Shown here: positions 1 to 8,828 of the stretch, in pieces | Layout of the letters: each line of letters opens with the position of its first letter | Position numbering within the stretch: position 1 is the stretch's first letter | Assembly: GCA_041499375.1 (NCBI GenBank) | Contig: JBGQKD010000006.1 | Location: forward strand, 43,582-107,581 | Origin: Gemmatimonadota bacterium | GTDB lineage: Bacteria; Gemmatimonadota; Gemmatimonadetes; Gemmatimonadales; GWC2-71-9 | Direction of reading: 5' to 3' | DNA: 64,000 bases | Made by a program: the position numbers and the translations under genes | The notes under the pieces: model-generated | Seen by the model: the letters and a program-made list of their open reading frames with translations, nothing else | What the model was told of the DNA's origin: nothing | Database searches by the model: none

Positions 1-1
1 A

Positions 2-787
2 GGTGTGCTTCTGAATGACGTCGTCGCCCGTGCTCGTCGGCACGTAGTAACCGTCCGGCCACACCGCGGGCCGCGGATAATCCGGAAACAGCGGCCGCAG
101 GAATTCATAGCGGTAGTACGAGCCGAGCGGATCGGGGCTCGCGCTGATCGCATAGCACATCGAGTACGGGCCCTTCTCTTCAGGTGGACGCAGTGGACGT
201 GCTCGTGGCGTGGTGTCGGGTGGCGCTGGGGGCGCCGGGGGGACTGGGGGCGGCACGAAGAGCGGCGCGGCGGGGCCGGGTTGATCCGGCACACCGGGCG
301 GGCTGACGTACGCGCGCTCCGACGCCTTCCACACCGGCGGTTGATCGGGTCGCGCGCGGCTGCGCGTAAAGGTCGGCATCACGATGAGCCAGCGCTCGGC
401 CAGCTGATCGTACCGAACTACCGCGTCGCCGTTGTTGTGGGCTTCGCACGCACCGCCGAACCCTTTGAACACCGTGTTCGTCGGGACGGGGCCGTAGACG
501 ATCTCGCCGTTCTTTCGAAAGATCGCCATGCGGGTGTTGACGATCTGGAAGACGTAGTCGCGTCCCACGGCGAGCGAGTTGTCGGAGGGGTTGCGCGCCT
601 CCCAGCGGCCGTGCGGGCCCTGCAGCCCGACGCCCAGGCCGTCGAAGCTCGTGAGGAGCGTGGCAGGCGGCCGGTTCCCCTGAGTCGTCTGCTCGATGCC
701 ACCCTGGGGGGAAAGTGTCGCCTGGCGGGATTGCGTGCATGCCGCGATCGCGACCGCACACACGAGCACAAATCGCGTTCGGACCAT
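2..787 (-). CDS. secreted lipoprotein of unknown function (partial; 3' end runs off the window start)
   Basis: Absent from the ORF track because it has no stop in the window. Hand translation of the minus strand from ATG 787-785 gives MVRTRFVLVCAVAIAACTQSRQATLSPQGGIEQTTQGN...TSFDGLGVGLQGPHGRWEARNPSDNSLAVGRDYVFQIVNTRMAIF... I checked every plus-strand triplet in this frame over 2-661 and found no TTA/CTA/TCA; 662-787 was read through in the translation with no stop seen. Lipobox-like AIAAC. Plus-strand ORF 5..1132 is its Arg-rich antisense shadow. Confidence 0.6.
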   Translation of the reverse strand, partial: MVRTRFVLVCAVAIAACTQSRQATLSPQGGIEQTTQGNRPPATLLTSFDGLGVGLQGPHGRWEARNPSDNSLAVGRDYVFQIVNTRMAIFRKNGEIVYGPVPTNTVFKGFGGACEAHNNGDAVVRYDQLAERWLIVMPTFTRSRARPDQPPVWKASERAYVSPPGVPDQPGPAAPLFVPPPVPPAPPAPPDTTPRARPLRPPEEKGPYSMCYAISASPDPLGSYYRYEFLRPLFPDYPRPAVWPDGYYVPTSTGDDVIQKHT

Positions 788-790
788 CGC

Positions 791-1510
791 TTATTTCATT
801 CGCTCCCGCAGCTTCCGCACCGCCTGCATGGCAGCCTTGCGCGCTTCGCCTTTCGTCAGCCAGGACACCGCGAACGCGATGATCGCGATGGACTCCGGAA
901 TGAAGATCGGCGCGTGGGTACGCATCGAGCTGCCCGCCCAGATGATGCAGACGATCATCACGATTCCGCAGGCGAGGCAGGTATCATCGCGGTGTCGCTT
1001 GTCGAGCGGCCGGTCGCGCCGCCGCGGAATGTTGGACTTTCGAAACAGCCAAATGGCGAAAAGGATGAACGTCACGAACAGCACCACAGCCGAGGCATAG
1101 TGGACGACGGCCATGTACGAACGCCACCATGACGGCTCGAACAACCCCTCGGGAGCCGACGTGGGAAACACCCCGACCGCGATGGCTGCCAACCCGCCCG
1201 CCCGCCCCACGACGCGATCGACGGCGACGCCCTGGTATCCCGGATACGTGAGGAGGAACAGCGCGAGCGCGAATAGGACACCGACAAAGACGCTGACGGC
1301 TCCCGTGTAGTAGTACTCGCTGACCGAATGCAGCAGCCCCCACCGCGGGAGACCGACGGTCGGGAGCAGGCCGGCGAGGAGGAGAAGGAGGAACGGCAGC
1401 AAGAACCCGAGAATGCCGATCAGCCGGCGATGCGCCTGTTGCGACAGGTTGTCCGGTGTCGCCCCACCGGGTGGATCCTGGTTTGTGACGACCGGCGTCG
1501 AGTACGTCAT
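791..1510 (-). CDS. polytopic inner-membrane protein, family uncertain
   Basis: ORF track 239 aa. About six hydrophobic helices (LIGILGFLLPFLLLLLAGLL, AVSVFVGVLFALALFLL, GGLAAIAVGVF, VVHYASAVVLFVTFILFAIWLF, CLACGIVMIVCIIWAG, IAIIAFAVSWL). Its stop lies 3 nt before the next start (787). Confidence 0.7.
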   Translation of the reverse strand: MTYSTPVVTNQDPPGGATPDNLSQQAHRRLIGILGFLLPFLLLLLAGLLPTVGLPRWGLLHSVSEYYYTGAVSVFVGVLFALALFLLTYPGYQGVAVDRVVGRAGGLAAIAVGVFPTSAPEGLFEPSWWRSYMAVVHYASAVVLFVTFILFAIWLFRKSNIPRRRDRPLDKRHRDDTCLACGIVMIVCIIWAGSSMRTHAPIFIPESIAIIAFAVSWLTKGEARKAAMQAVRKLRERMK

Positions 1511-1681
1511 GCCGTGTCCAGTCTAAATGACAAGCAGGATTCCGGTAAGAAAGGCCGCGACAACCAAGGCTTTCAGATGGACTGTGCGAGCCTGGCTTCT
1601 CACCTGCGCCAACTCCGCTGCATCAGTGATCGGCTCAGAACCGGTGTCCAAGTCGCGCCGACCGCGCGCCGCGAGTCGAAC

Positions 1682-1870
1682 TCATGTTTTGTCGAGGGCT
1701 TGAAAGATTCCGAGCGCGCCAAACCAAAGGGGCACGAACACGATGAGGCGCAAGACGTTCGGCGGGCCAAGGAGGAGTACGAAAGCAAGGAGGGCTGCGA
1801 TACCGAGCGACACAACGCCAAGTGTCAGGCGTTGTCGCCGACCGCGTGGACCGATGTTGGGAATCTTCAC
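1682..1870 (-). CDS. small two-TM membrane protein as tracked; ends at an in-frame TGA (see finding on read-through to 1523)
   Basis: ORF track 62 aa. GTG start 1870-1868, 10 nt after the stop of the upstream DUF4386-like gene. Two hydrophobic helices (LGVVSLGIAALLAFVLLL, LIVFVPLWFGALGIF). Short, with no family I can name securely. Confidence 0.35.
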   Translation of the reverse strand: MKIPNIGPRGRRQRLTLGVVSLGIAALLAFVLLLGPPNVLRLIVFVPLWFGALGIFQALDKT

Positions 1871-1880
1871 TACTTCAACG

Positions 1881-2420
1881 TTATGGAACGTTCACGCCCT
1901 TCACCAGGAGCCAGAGCGTCAAGGCGCCCTCCCCCAGAATCGCCACGGGGATAATGAAAGGGGCCAGATGCGCACCGATCGTCGGCGCGAGAACGTTCGT
2001 GAACGAGTTGATGACGTAGCTCGAGCCGCCGAGCAGCAGCAGCACACCCAGCAGCCGGGGAACGAGCGTCGATCGAGTGATGAGATATCCGACCGAAATA
2101 ATCTGAGCTCCAAAAAACACCATCGCGATGTAGAAGCCCGGGACCGGCGGATTGAACTGACTCAGCGAGTCCACCGCTGCTCCACTGGCGACCCCCGCCA
2201 GCCCGCAGAATGCCGCGAAGAGGGAAAGGCTTGCGTCGACCGGTTTGAACAATTGGTAGAGAAGGACCGTCACGCCCAAATAAACGAGGCCACTGAATTG
2301 ATTGGCGGCGAACGCCAGACGGGGCTGCCCAGTCTGAGTGATGACGCTGACCACACCCCCGGCGATGACCACCAACCACAAAGCGCCCGCGAGCCTCGCG
2401 ACACGACGTGGGTCGTTCAT
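1881..2420 (-). CDS. DUF4386-like membrane protein
   Basis: C-terminal 179 aa of tracked ORF 1881..2822. Start moved to ATG 2420-2418 (MNDPRRVARLAGALWLVVIAGG...), which is preceded by GGAGG. Multi-TM, and a paralog of the adjacent gene. The N-terminal 134 aa of the tracked ORF are Arg-rich out-of-frame read-through of the upstream gene. Confidence 0.7.
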   Translation of the reverse strand: MNDPRRVARLAGALWLVVIAGGVVSVITQTGQPRLAFAANQFSGLVYLGVTVLLYQLFKPVDASLSLFAAFCGLAGVASGAAVDSLSQFNPPVPGFYIAMVFFGAQIISVGYLITRSTLVPRLLGVLLLLGGSSYVINSFTNVLAPTIGAHLAPFIIPVAILGEGALTLWLLVKGVNVP

Positions 2421-3088
2421 CGCACCTCCTGCGGCGGTGCGACGCCTTTGACGATCAGCCACACCGCGACCACGAGCTCGAACACCGCGACCGGTATCCA
2501 CATGAGCTGTGTCACGAGCCCCGGCAGCAGGTCCATAATCTGCAACGGCAGACCAATCGCGATCACGACAGATCCGAAGACGCCAAGGTCGGCCAGCCAT
2601 TCGGGGACCATGCGACCTCGCAACAGCAGCCAGGAGAAGATCGTGCTGCCGACCGCGAAGAAGATGGCGCCGATCAGCCACGTCTGGTTGAGCACGAACG
2701 CACCGACTGCCCCGGCCGCTGCGCGGTCCGGCGCGTTGGCCCCGACAGCGGTTGCGATCGCAAGCAGTCCCAGCGTCGTCGGGATGGACGCGCCGCCGAC
2801 TACACCCTCGGCCACGCGGCACGTCAGGCCTAACATCGCCAGATCGCGATCCTGCTCACGCGTGATCGCGTAGAGCGTCACCGCCAACACGAGCGCGCAG
2901 AAGCAACCGATCAACGACAGCACCGCGGCGAGGCGCACGTCCGTCGCGTGCACGGCCATGTTCGCGAGCTTCGCGGCCATGCCATCACCGCTCGTGGCTC
3001 GATTGCTCAGCACCATGCTGGGGAAGTCGGCCGCGATGTAGAGGAGGTAAGCGATGCCGGCTATTGTCGCGTTCGTTCTGCGCGTCAT
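2417..3088 (-). CDS. DUF4386-like membrane protein (tandem paralog)
   Basis: C-terminal 223 aa of tracked ORF 2417..3334. Start at ATG 3088-3086 (MTRRTNATIAGIAYLLYIAADF...). Its stop overlaps the downstream start (ATGA at 2417-2420). Similar helix pattern and C-terminal ...LWLLVKGV / ...VWLIVKGV as the neighbour. Confidence 0.7.
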   Translation of the reverse strand: MTRRTNATIAGIAYLLYIAADFPSMVLSNRATSGDGMAAKLANMAVHATDVRLAAVLSLIGCFCALVLAVTLYAITREQDRDLAMLGLTCRVAEGVVGGASIPTTLGLLAIATAVGANAPDRAAAGAVGAFVLNQTWLIGAIFFAVGSTIFSWLLLRGRMVPEWLADLGVFGSVVIAIGLPLQIMDLLPGLVTQLMWIPVAVFELVVAVWLIVKGVAPPQEVR

Positions 3089-3204
3089 CGTGATCTCGAT
3101 CGCTCGGAAGGGACACGGACCGGACGGCGCACAGTCGAAACAGGTTTCAAACGGCGACGGGCGCTTCAACGCGCAACGCGCGTGGCACGTATGTCCGTCA
3201 CGCG

Positions 3205-5115
3205 ATGCTTCCCGTCCTCCGGTACTGCAGCGTCGTCGCGCTGACGCTCCCCGCCATCGCCTGCCGTGCCTCCGATGCGGCGCCCGCGTGGCTGGAAGCG
3301 CGGGCGCACCAGGAAGCGCGGCTCGCTGCCGCATCCCCGGCCCTCCATGACTTCCGGTTCACCGATGAGCGACTGGCGAGCGGCATCACGTTCAAGAATC
3401 GGATCGTCGACGACGCCGGGAGGGCGTACAAGCTCGTCCACTATGACCATGGCAGTGGACTCTGCGCCGCGGACGTCGATGGCGATGGCCGCCCCGATCT
3501 CTACTTCCTGACGCAGCTCGGTATCAACCAGCTCTGGAAGAATGCGGGCACTGGCAAGTTCGTAGACATCACCGCCACAGCCGGTCTCGCCATGCCGGAC
3601 GAGATCGCGGTGGGCTGCGCGTTTGCCGACATCGACAAGGACGGCGATCCCGACCTCTTCGTCACCACGGTACGCCACGGAAACCGGCTGTTCGAGAACA
3701 TCGGACACGGGACGTTTCGCGACATCACCGCCGCCGCGGGCGTGGGCTACGTCGGCCACTCTGCCGGCGCCGTCTTTTTCGACTACGACGGTGACGGCCT
3801 GCTCGATCTGTTCGTCACCAACGTGGGTGTGTTCACGAGCAACACGCGCGGGCCCGGCGGCTACAACGTCGGTCTCAACGATGCCTTTCTCGGCCACCTC
3901 CACCCCGAACGCGCCGAAGCGAGCATCCTCTACCACAATCTGGGCGGCAATCGCTTCAAGGACGTCACGCGCGAGGTCGGGCTCGTGGATTTGAGCTGGA
4001 GCGGCGATGCCGTGGTGCTGGACGCGAACAGTGACGGATTCCCCGATCTATTCGTACTCGACATGCAGGGAGCCGATCACCTCTGGCTCAACCAGGGCGG
4101 TAAGCACTTCCGCGACAGCACCGCGGCCTACTTCCCGCGCACTCCCTGGGGCGCGATGGGAGCAAAGGTGTTCGACGCGGACGGTGACGGCCGGCTCGAT
4201 CTCTTCATCACGAGCATGCATCCGGACATGTGGGTCGACCTGCGACCCGGGGACTGGGCGGGCGAAAGCCGCAAAGACGACCCCGCGCAGATGCCGGGCC
4301 AGATGATTCGCGAGCCGAAGAGCTCGCTCATCTTCGGCAACGCGCTGTTCGCGAATCGTGGCAGCGGCCGATTCGACGAGGTCTCCGATACCGCAGGAGT
4401 GGAGACCTACTGGCCGTGGGGACCGAGCGTGGACGACCTCAATGCCGACGGCTGGGACGACATCTTCGTGGCCGCGGGCATGAATTTCCCGTTCCGGTAT
4501 GCCATCAACTCGGTGCTTCTCAACGAGAACGGCCGCCATTTCCTGTCGAGCGAGTTCGTGGTGGGCGTCGAGCCGAGACCGAACGGCGCTACCCAGCAGG
4601 ATTGGTTCACGCTCGAGTGCAACGGTGCCGACCGCGGAAATCCCCTTTGTTCATGCAAACACCCCCCGTCGATGATCGTGGAATGCCGCCCCGGCGGCGC
4701 GGGCCGAATGACCGTTACCGGTGCGCTCGGCACGCGTTCCGCGGTCGTCCTCGATCTCGATGGGGACGGCGATCTCGACATCGTCACCAACGAGTTCAAC
4801 GCGGCTCCGCAGGTTCTGGTCAGCGATCTCGCGCAACGGCATCACGTCAACTTCCTCGCGGTCCGGCTGCGCGGCACACGCTCCAACCGCGAGGGACTCG
4901 GCGCCGTGGTGACGGTCGTGGTCCCCGACGGGCGCCGGATCCTGAAGCAGTTCGACGGCAAATCGGGCTACCTCTCACAAAGCGACCTGCCGCTCTACTT
5001 TGGCCTGGGCGCCGCCGACAGCGCTGCGCAAATCGAGGTGCGCTGGCCGTCGGGAAAGCTGCAAACCGTCCGGGGCCCCAAGGCTGGGCAGACTATCGAC
5101 GTCGTCGAGCCTTAG
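3205..5115 (+). CDS. CRTAC1-family protein (FG-GAP/VCBS repeats plus C-terminal ASPIC/UnbV domain), secreted/lipoprotein
   Basis: ORF track 636 aa. Signal with LTLPAIAC. Repeated Ca-binding loops (ADVDGDGRPDLYF, FADIDKDGDPDLFV, FFDYDGDGLLDLFV, VLDANSDGFPDLFV, VFDADGDGRLDLFI, VLDLDGDGDLDIV). C-terminal SNREGLGAVVTV...GYLSQSDLPLYFGLG...IEVRWPSG. Confidence 0.9.
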   Translation: MLPVLRYCSVVALTLPAIACRASDAAPAWLEARAHQEARLAAASPALHDFRFTDERLASGITFKNRIVDDAGRAYKLVHYDHGSGLCAADVDGDGRPDLYFLTQLGINQLWKNAGTGKFVDITATAGLAMPDEIAVGCAFADIDKDGDPDLFVTTVRHGNRLFENIGHGTFRDITAAAGVGYVGHSAGAVFFDYDGDGLLDLFVTNVGVFTSNTRGPGGYNVGLNDAFLGHLHPERAEASILYHNLGGNRFKDVTREVGLVDLSWSGDAVVLDANSDGFPDLFVLDMQGADHLWLNQGGKHFRDSTAAYFPRTPWGAMGAKVFDADGDGRLDLFITSMHPDMWVDLRPGDWAGESRKDDPAQMPGQMIREPKSSLIFGNALFANRGSGRFDEVSDTAGVETYWPWGPSVDDLNADGWDDIFVAAGMNFPFRYAINSVLLNENGRHFLSSEFVVGVEPRPNGATQQDWFTLECNGADRGNPLCSCKHPPSMIVECRPGGAGRMTVTGALGTRSAVVLDLDGDGDLDIVTNEFNAAPQVLVSDLAQRHHVNFLAVRLRGTRSNREGLGAVVTVVVPDGRRILKQFDGKSGYLSQSDLPLYFGLGAADSAAQIEVRWPSGKLQTVRGPKAGQTIDVVEP

Positions 5116-5130
5116 CCATAATCTGGTCCC

Positions 5131-5886
5131 ATGAACGATGGGGACCTAAGCCGCCGCAGCTTCGTAAAGCAGTCGGCCCTGGCAGCCGTCACCACGCTGC
5201 CGCTCGCATCCACTCCCTCCGAGTCCGCCGCCGCTAGCCTGAAAGTCGTCTGCGTCGGCGCCCATCCCGACGATCCCGAGTCCGGGTGCGGCGGTACGCT
5301 CGCGCGCTACGCGGCACTCGGCCACGCGGTCACGATCGTCTACCTCACGCGCGGCGAGCGCGGCATCGCGGGAAAATCGTTGGACGAGGCGGCGCGCATC
5401 CGCACCGCCGAGTGCGAAGCCGCTTGCAGGATCATCGGCGCCAAGCCCTTGTTCTTTGGCCAAATCGACGGCGCGACCGAGGTCACCCGGGCACAGGTGG
5501 ACGCGATGCAACGACTGCTCGCCACTCAGACCCCCGACCTGCTGTACACACACTGGCCGGTGGACACGCATATGGATCATCAGGTGGCAAGCATGCTCAC
5601 GATCCGCGCGTGGATGAACCTCAAAACCCCACTCCTGTACTTCTTTGAGGTAGACACCGGCAGTCAGACGGAGGGGTTCCTGCCGAACACCTATGTCGAC
5701 GTGTCGTCAGTGCTCGAGCAGAAGAAACGTGCCCTGTTCGCGCATGTCAGTCAGGACGGCCAGGGGATCTGGCGGGAGCATCACGAAGTCATGGCGCAGT
5801 GGCGCGGGCGTGAAGTCGGTGTCGCCGCTGCCGAAGCGTTCGTGCACCTCAACCGCGATCAGACCAGGAACCTGCCCGGCCTATGA
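5131..5886 (+). CDS. PIG-L/LmbE-family deacetylase with Tat-type signal
   Basis: ORF track 251 aa. N-terminus SRRSFVKQSALAAVTTLPLAS. Family motif VGAHPDDPESGCGG; later HWPVDTHMDH. Confidence 0.88.
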   Translation: MNDGDLSRRSFVKQSALAAVTTLPLASTPSESAAASLKVVCVGAHPDDPESGCGGTLARYAALGHAVTIVYLTRGERGIAGKSLDEAARIRTAECEAACRIIGAKPLFFGQIDGATEVTRAQVDAMQRLLATQTPDLLYTHWPVDTHMDHQVASMLTIRAWMNLKTPLLYFFEVDTGSQTEGFLPNTYVDVSSVLEQKKRALFAHVSQDGQGIWREHHEVMAQWRGREVGVAAAEAFVHLNRDQTRNLPGL

Positions 5887-6722
5887 AAAAATCCATCGGC
5901 GACAACATGATTCCGAAGGACTGGGGATTCGAGCGAGGCCTGGACCTCGTCAAGCGGGCCGGATTCGACGGCATCGAGCTGTGGCTGGGCGACGTTTCCT
6001 GGTTTGAGATGACCACCACCGACACCCAGGTGCGAGAGCTGCGGCGCAAGGTCGAGAACGCCGGGCTCGTCGTCTCCAATGTGTCGACCGGATTGCACTG
6101 GGCGTCGCCGCTCTCCGCGCGCGATCCCGCCGTGCGCGCGCAGGCCGCCCGTATCGTCGAGCGACAGATCGAAGCCGCCGTGCTGCTCGGCACCGACGCG
6201 ATCTTGGTGGTGGCCGGGCTCGTAACGGAGGAAGTCCCGTACAACGAGGTCTATCAGCGCGGCGTCGATGCGCTCAAGCCGCTGGGCGACAAGGCCGCCC
6301 GCGCCGGCGTCAAGATCGGTTGCGAGAATTGCAACTCCGAGCAGCGCTTTCTGATCAGCCCGCGCGAATTCTGGCAATTCCTCAACGATGTGAGCAGCGC
6401 TGCCGTCGGGATTCATCTCGACGTCGGCAACATCCACGACACCGGATTTGCCGAGCAGTGGATCGAGATCCACGGGCCGAGGATCACGCGCATTCATCTG
6501 AAGGACGTGCTGAAGCATCGCGGGCGCTGCGGGGATCAGAGCGTCTACACGAATCTGTTTTTGGGCGACAACAACTGGCCCGCGATCCGCGCCGCAATGA
6601 CGAAAGTCGGTTACGACGGCTGGTTGATCGCGGAAATGGAAGCGCGCTACCGCTACGCCCCGGATCAGCAGTTCTACGACACGGCGCAGGCAATGGACCG
6701 GCTGATCGCCGGGAGGTTGTAA
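5883..6722 (+). CDS. sugar phosphate isomerase/epimerase (xylose-isomerase-like TIM barrel)
   Basis: ORF track 279 aa. ATGA overlap with the upstream stop (5883-5886). Typical blocks GFDGIELW, KIGCENC, IHLDVGN, IHLKD, GWLIAEME. Confidence 0.88.
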   Translation: MKKSIGDNMIPKDWGFERGLDLVKRAGFDGIELWLGDVSWFEMTTTDTQVRELRRKVENAGLVVSNVSTGLHWASPLSARDPAVRAQAARIVERQIEAAVLLGTDAILVVAGLVTEEVPYNEVYQRGVDALKPLGDKAARAGVKIGCENCNSEQRFLISPREFWQFLNDVSSAAVGIHLDVGNIHDTGFAEQWIEIHGPRITRIHLKDVLKHRGRCGDQSVYTNLFLGDNNWPAIRAAMTKVGYDGWLIAEMEARYRYAPDQQFYDTAQAMDRLIAGRL

Positions 6723-6723
6723 C

Positions 6724-7380
6724 ATGGACATCACGCGGCGGGAGTTCGTGGGCTACGGCATCGCCGCAGGAGCGATGGGCGTTGGGTTGCGGTTGCCGTC
6801 CTCCACCCATTTGCCAGCTCGGACGCATTACCCGTGCATCGTGTCTCCCGTGCAGGGCCAGTGTTCGCTCCCCGAATCAGTCAAAGGATACTGCTCAGCT
6901 CTTCGCCCAACCGCAGTGACTCGGCGGGAGACCTGGATCGTGCCGGCGGTCGTGGATATCCCGTCCCCCATCGGCAAGAAGCTGGTGGAGTTCCTGCACC
7001 GGGGTTGGACGATAATCGTCGAATCGGGCGGCGGATTCGCCGGTCACTTGAATTTCCGTCGGCACCGCCGCGCACTCCGCGAGCGTCTACACGTAGACGT
7101 TCAGGCACCGGTGGCGTTGTGGACCGATGATTCCAGGTCCCGACGCACGCCGTATGTCGATTACACCTGGCCCAGTTCCGCGAAGGTCCGCGATTTCAGC
7201 CGCGTGGTGCCCGTCGGTGATCAGCCAGGCAAGATCATTGCCCGGATCGACGGGCTCCCTGTTGCACTCAAGCGTCAGGTCGGTGCGGGAACCTTGATCT
7301 TTCTCGGCTCACCGCTGGGCCCGGCGCTTTGGGCCGGCGATTCCGAAGCCAAGCGCTGGCTGCTCGCCCTGCTGGCGTGA
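6724..7380 (+). CDS. hypothetical protein with twin-arginine-like N-terminus
   Basis: ORF track 218 aa. MDITRREFVGYGIAAGAMGVGL. Starts 1 nt after the upstream stop. No family recognised. Confidence 0.6.
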   Translation: MDITRREFVGYGIAAGAMGVGLRLPSSTHLPARTHYPCIVSPVQGQCSLPESVKGYCSALRPTAVTRRETWIVPAVVDIPSPIGKKLVEFLHRGWTIIVESGGGFAGHLNFRRHRRALRERLHVDVQAPVALWTDDSRSRRTPYVDYTWPSSAKVRDFSRVVPVGDQPGKIIARIDGLPVALKRQVGAGTLIFLGSPLGPALWAGDSEAKRWLLALLA

Positions 7381-8828
7381 TCGTCGTCCTCACGCTGTGC
7401 CTCGTCGCGGCGCAGCAGCGCCCCGATTCTGGCGTGCTGGTGTGGGGCGGCGATGCCGAGGGCGGTGCCCCATTTGTCGAGGCCGACCCAGCCAATCCGT
7501 CGCGCGTCCGTGGCTTCGACGTCGAGGTCGCCGAGCGGATCGCGCGTGGCCTGGGACGCCGCGCGACGCGGTTCGTCCAGGTGCAATGGTCCAGCATCGA
7601 CCAATCCGTCGAACGCGGTGACTTCACGCTCGGCCTCTCCGGGGTCGAGGACACGCCCGTGCGCCGCGCGCGGCACGCCGTCACCATCCCGTATTTCGAG
7701 TTTCGCGAAGTGCTCGCGGTACGGCCCGGAGACGCCGGCCGCATCCATGGTCTTGCCGACCTGCGCGGCCGTCGTGTCGCGACGCTCGGCGCCACGATCG
7801 CGTACGACTTGCTCGTTGCCGCGCGCGACTCGATGGGTCTGATCCCCCTCTCGTATGACGACGACGTTCATCCCTACGCCGACCTGATCGCGGGCCGAGT
7901 GGACGCGGTGTTGCTGGACCACATTATCGCGCAGCGCGCCTTGCGCCGCGGCGGCGGAACAGGGTTTGTGATCCTGGCGCAGCCGGTCGCGCTGGGCCAC
8001 TACGTGGGCGTTTTTGCACGCGCCGATTCCATCCTGCGCGATTCGGTCGATGCCGTGTTGCGCGAGGCGATGCGCGACGGCTCGCTCGAGCAGATCTTCC
8101 GCCGCTGGGACGTGTGGGATCAGAGCCAGAGCGCGCCATTCGAGCGCGCCGTCCGCGCCAACGCCGTGCCGGCCGGGACGGCCGCCGCCTCGCACGCACT
8201 GGCCTATCTCCCTTCGCTCGGCCGGGCGGCTGGCGTAACGGCACTGGTCTCGGTGCTTTCGATGCTGTTGGCGGTCATCGTCGGACTCGCGCTCGCGTCG
8301 GCCCGGGTGTACGGACCGGGATGGCTGCGCGTGGCGACGACGGTGTACGTCGAGGTGATTCGCGGTACTCCGCTCCTGCTGCAGCTGTTCGTCATCTACT
8401 ACGGGCTGGCAGGTGTGGTGCGACTGCCGGCGTTCCTCGCTGCCGTCCTGGCGCTCGGCCTGAACTATGCCGCCTATGAGGCGGAGATCTATCGCGGCGC
8501 GCTCGAGGCGGTGCCGCGCTCCCAGCTCGAGGCCGCACGCACGCTCGGCTTGTCCGAGCTCCAGATCCTGCGCCTCGTGCGCGGGCCACAGGCGCTGCGT
8601 TTCGCGCTGGCGCCGATGACGAACGACTTCGTCGCCCTGCTCAAGGATTCCTCGCTCGTATCGGTCATCACGGTGGTCGAGCTGACCAAGCAGACGGCGA
8701 TCTACGCGACCAACGTGGGGAGCTGGGTCGTCCCCGGCGCGCTGTGCGCCGCGGTGTACCTGGCGATGTCGCTGCCGCTCGCGCGTCTGGCCCGACGGCT
8801 CGAGCGCCGCTGGAGGCCGGCCACATGA
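7377..8828 (+). CDS. polar amino-acid-type ABC transporter, fused substrate-binding domain and permease
   Basis: ORF track 499 aa from 7329. I prefer the in-frame GTG 7377 (GTGA overlap with the upstream stop), which gives signal-like MIVVLTLCLVAAQQ. The N-terminal part is solute-binding-like (GGAPFVEADP, GFDVEVAERIA, WSSIDQSVERGDFTLGLSG). The C-terminal part is a permease (GTPLLLQLFVIYYGL, EAEIYRGALEAVPRSQLEAARTLGLS). Confidence 0.85.
   Translation: MIVVLTLCLVAAQQRPDSGVLVWGGDAEGGAPFVEADPANPSRVRGFDVEVAERIARGLGRRATRFVQVQWSSIDQSVERGDFTLGLSGVEDTPVRRARHAVTIPYFEFREVLAVRPGDAGRIHGLADLRGRRVATLGATIAYDLLVAARDSMGLIPLSYDDDVHPYADLIAGRVDAVLLDHIIAQRALRRGGGTGFVILAQPVALGHYVGVFARADSILRDSVDAVLREAMRDGSLEQIFRRWDVWDQSQSAPFERAVRANAVPAGTAAASHALAYLPSLGRAAGVTALVSVLSMLLAVIVGLALASARVYGPGWLRVATTVYVEVIRGTPLLLQLFVIYYGLAGVVRLPAFLAAVLALGLNYAAYEAEIYRGALEAVPRSQLEAARTLGLSELQILRLVRGPQALRFALAPMTNDFVALLKDSSLVSVITVVELTKQTAIYATNVGSWVVPGALCAAVYLAMSLPLARLARRLERRWRPAT

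Noticed and set aside
3183-3197. TGGCAC-N5 motif (GTGGCACGTATGTCCG) upstream of the first CRTAC1-like gene, considered as a sigma-54 promoter because an NtrC-type activator is encoded in the window.
   Set aside because: The -12 element is absent: TCCG where TTGC is expected, so there is no GC at the GG-N10-GC spacing. The motif also ends only about 8 nt before the ATG. Other TGGCAC occurrences (12441, 12585, 27015, 53224, 63366) lie inside genes and also lack a -12 match.
5117-5146. Imperfect inverted repeat GGTCCCAT...ATGGGGACC flanking the PIG-L start codon, considered as a translational control hairpin.
   Set aside because: The arms are unequal (one extra G) and short, and there is no supporting conservation information.
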